DNA of 63,673 bases, counting the filler, from Octopus bimaculoides (Eukaryota): assembly GCF_001194135.2 (NCBI RefSeq). It is 7 parts of 7 records of this genome, joined end to end, with 100 filler letters (N's around TTAATTAATTAA, not from the genome) between each part and the next. Parts side by side here need not be neighbours in the genome. Positions count along the whole stretch, not along the records: positions 62,580 to 63,673 come from NW_026382363.1; 6 more parts are not named here. One strand, written 5' to 3'. The position numbers were made by a program, and so were the translations under genes. Shown in pieces: positions 62,480 to 63,673 of the stretch (the first letter of the stretch is position 1; each line of letters starts with the position of its first letter). The notes beneath the pieces are model-generated. The model was given only the letters and a program-made list of their open reading frames with translations, had not been told where the DNA came from and did no database searches.

Positions 62480-63624
62480 NNNNNNNNNNNNNNNNNNNNN
62501 NNNNNNNNNNNNNNNNNNNNNNNTTAATTAATTAANNNNNNNNNNNNNNNNNNNNNNNNNNNNNNNNNNNNNNNNNNNNATGTATGTGTATCTCTATTTA
62601 TATACATACATCCATACCCCTGTTTCTGCCTGTGCACGTTATGTGGAAATATGACAATTGCGTGTGTGCAAATATATAATTTTTAACGGCGCAAGGGAGA
62701 TAAATCGTGGAACTTGTGAAAATAGTTTCATTTTTACGACATAAAATTGTGCTAAAAATAGAAGTAAAAGTCTGATTAAATCCAGTGATTCTTCTTTGTA
62801 TTAATCCGTTCTTGCCTTCAGAGCTATGTTCTCCCCACCCCACTTTTTTTGGAAGCTGAGATGGGTTAGACTTATTTGTTTTACTAGAAAACCACACGAT
62901 AATTCCATTTATTTTAAAGATATATTTAATTGTGTATAAAATACATCCCTGTTTTATAAGAACATTTTGTGGGAAAAGCAGATTTCCTATGTTTCATATA
63001 TACATTTATTGAAAGGTGTTTTAAAGTAGCTTTACAGAGGGAAATGTAATATTGAGGACAATGTAATATTCTGTGCATGGAAACACAATATCGCGACTGT
63101 GCACGGGAATAAGCTACAGAACCATAAATTTATTAGAAATAAACCAAGTCCTTTGAGTATCGTATCTCATCATCGTTTTTCAGATCGACTCCTATCGTTA
63201 TCAATATTTTGGTCAAAATAGCTGAGAGGCGGCTGAAAGTTTCGAAAAAGAAAAAAGTATCTTAGTGATAAGACAGTCATTACTTAATGTAAAACACATC
63301 AGGTGTGGATTATATATGCTGAGAAAGGAGGTATGCAATGAGATTATCCCACCTCCCCACATAATAGTCAACGTACTGTAAGCACTACCAGTGTGATATT
63401 TTGGCTTGTTTTCGATATTTTAGTGTTAGTAACAATTATTCAAGTCAGTTAACACATAAAGCGCGACGGGTGACCATCATGGCCATCAGGCACGGGTGGG
63501 TGTTTGTTGGGATCTAATGTCACTCAAACACCACCCCACCCAGAATGCAAGAAGACAAATTGTTCATCTAATATCTTTTCAGATGATGTGCAACTTGCCA
63601 TCATTATATACTAAGAAGATATAC

Positions 63625-63673
63625 TTTTTTACTCTTTTACTTGTTTCAGTCATTTTGACTGCGGCCATGCTGG
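63625..63673 (-). mobile_element. SINE family B tail at the window edge
   Basis: TACTCTTTTACTTGTTTCAGTCATTTTGACTGCGGCCATGCTGG. Confidence 0.8.

Noticed and set aside
13673-62535. Six identical TTAATTAATTAA motifs as a regulatory or CRISPR-like repeat
   Set aside because: Always centred in 100-bp N spacers and encode six-frame stops; artificial scaffolding linkers
63494-63541. GGGTGGGTGTTTG...CAAACACCACCCCACCC hairpin
   Set aside because: Short, imperfect and built from low-complexity tracts; no RNA family features
1-63673. CRISPR array, rRNA or prokaryotic/viral defence system
   Set aside because: No regularly spaced repeats, rRNA-like sequence or gene-dense segment; the window is eukaryotic non-coding DNA

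Overview
AT-rich, repeat-dense eukaryotic genomic DNA with many N gaps. It is most likely intronic or intergenic sequence from an Octopus scaffold (inferred from the SINE families and the TA/CA/TAA/TACA microsatellite landscape; not database-confirmed). I could not support any host protein-coding gene, rRNA, true tRNA or CRISPR array. Almost all ORFs in the supplied track are gap read-throughs or microsatellite translations. The real content is mobile DNA: four tRNA-derived SINE families (about 40 copies or fragments), two RTE/BovB LINE relics lying tail-to-tail (32.3-35.9 kb), RTE and CR1/L2-type 3' ends, two R4/Dong-type RLE LINE fragments, a decayed Penelope-like element (PLE), mariner relics and hAT MITEs. 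Most notable: (1) a 155-bp near-perfect inverted repeat at 5147-5495 whose two arms each carry a complete type-I hammerhead ribozyme; (2) four further hammerhead-like motifs of different types at 8.7, 11.7, 15.8 and 26.5 kb; (3) two different hAT MITEs inserted back-to-back at the same 8-bp target, as part of a four-element nest at 47.0-47.8 kb; (4) several candidate splice signals, including a 9-nt microexon and a possible recursive splice site, which remain speculative. Six 12-bp TTAATTAATTAA islands inside 100-bp N spacers are assembly linkers.
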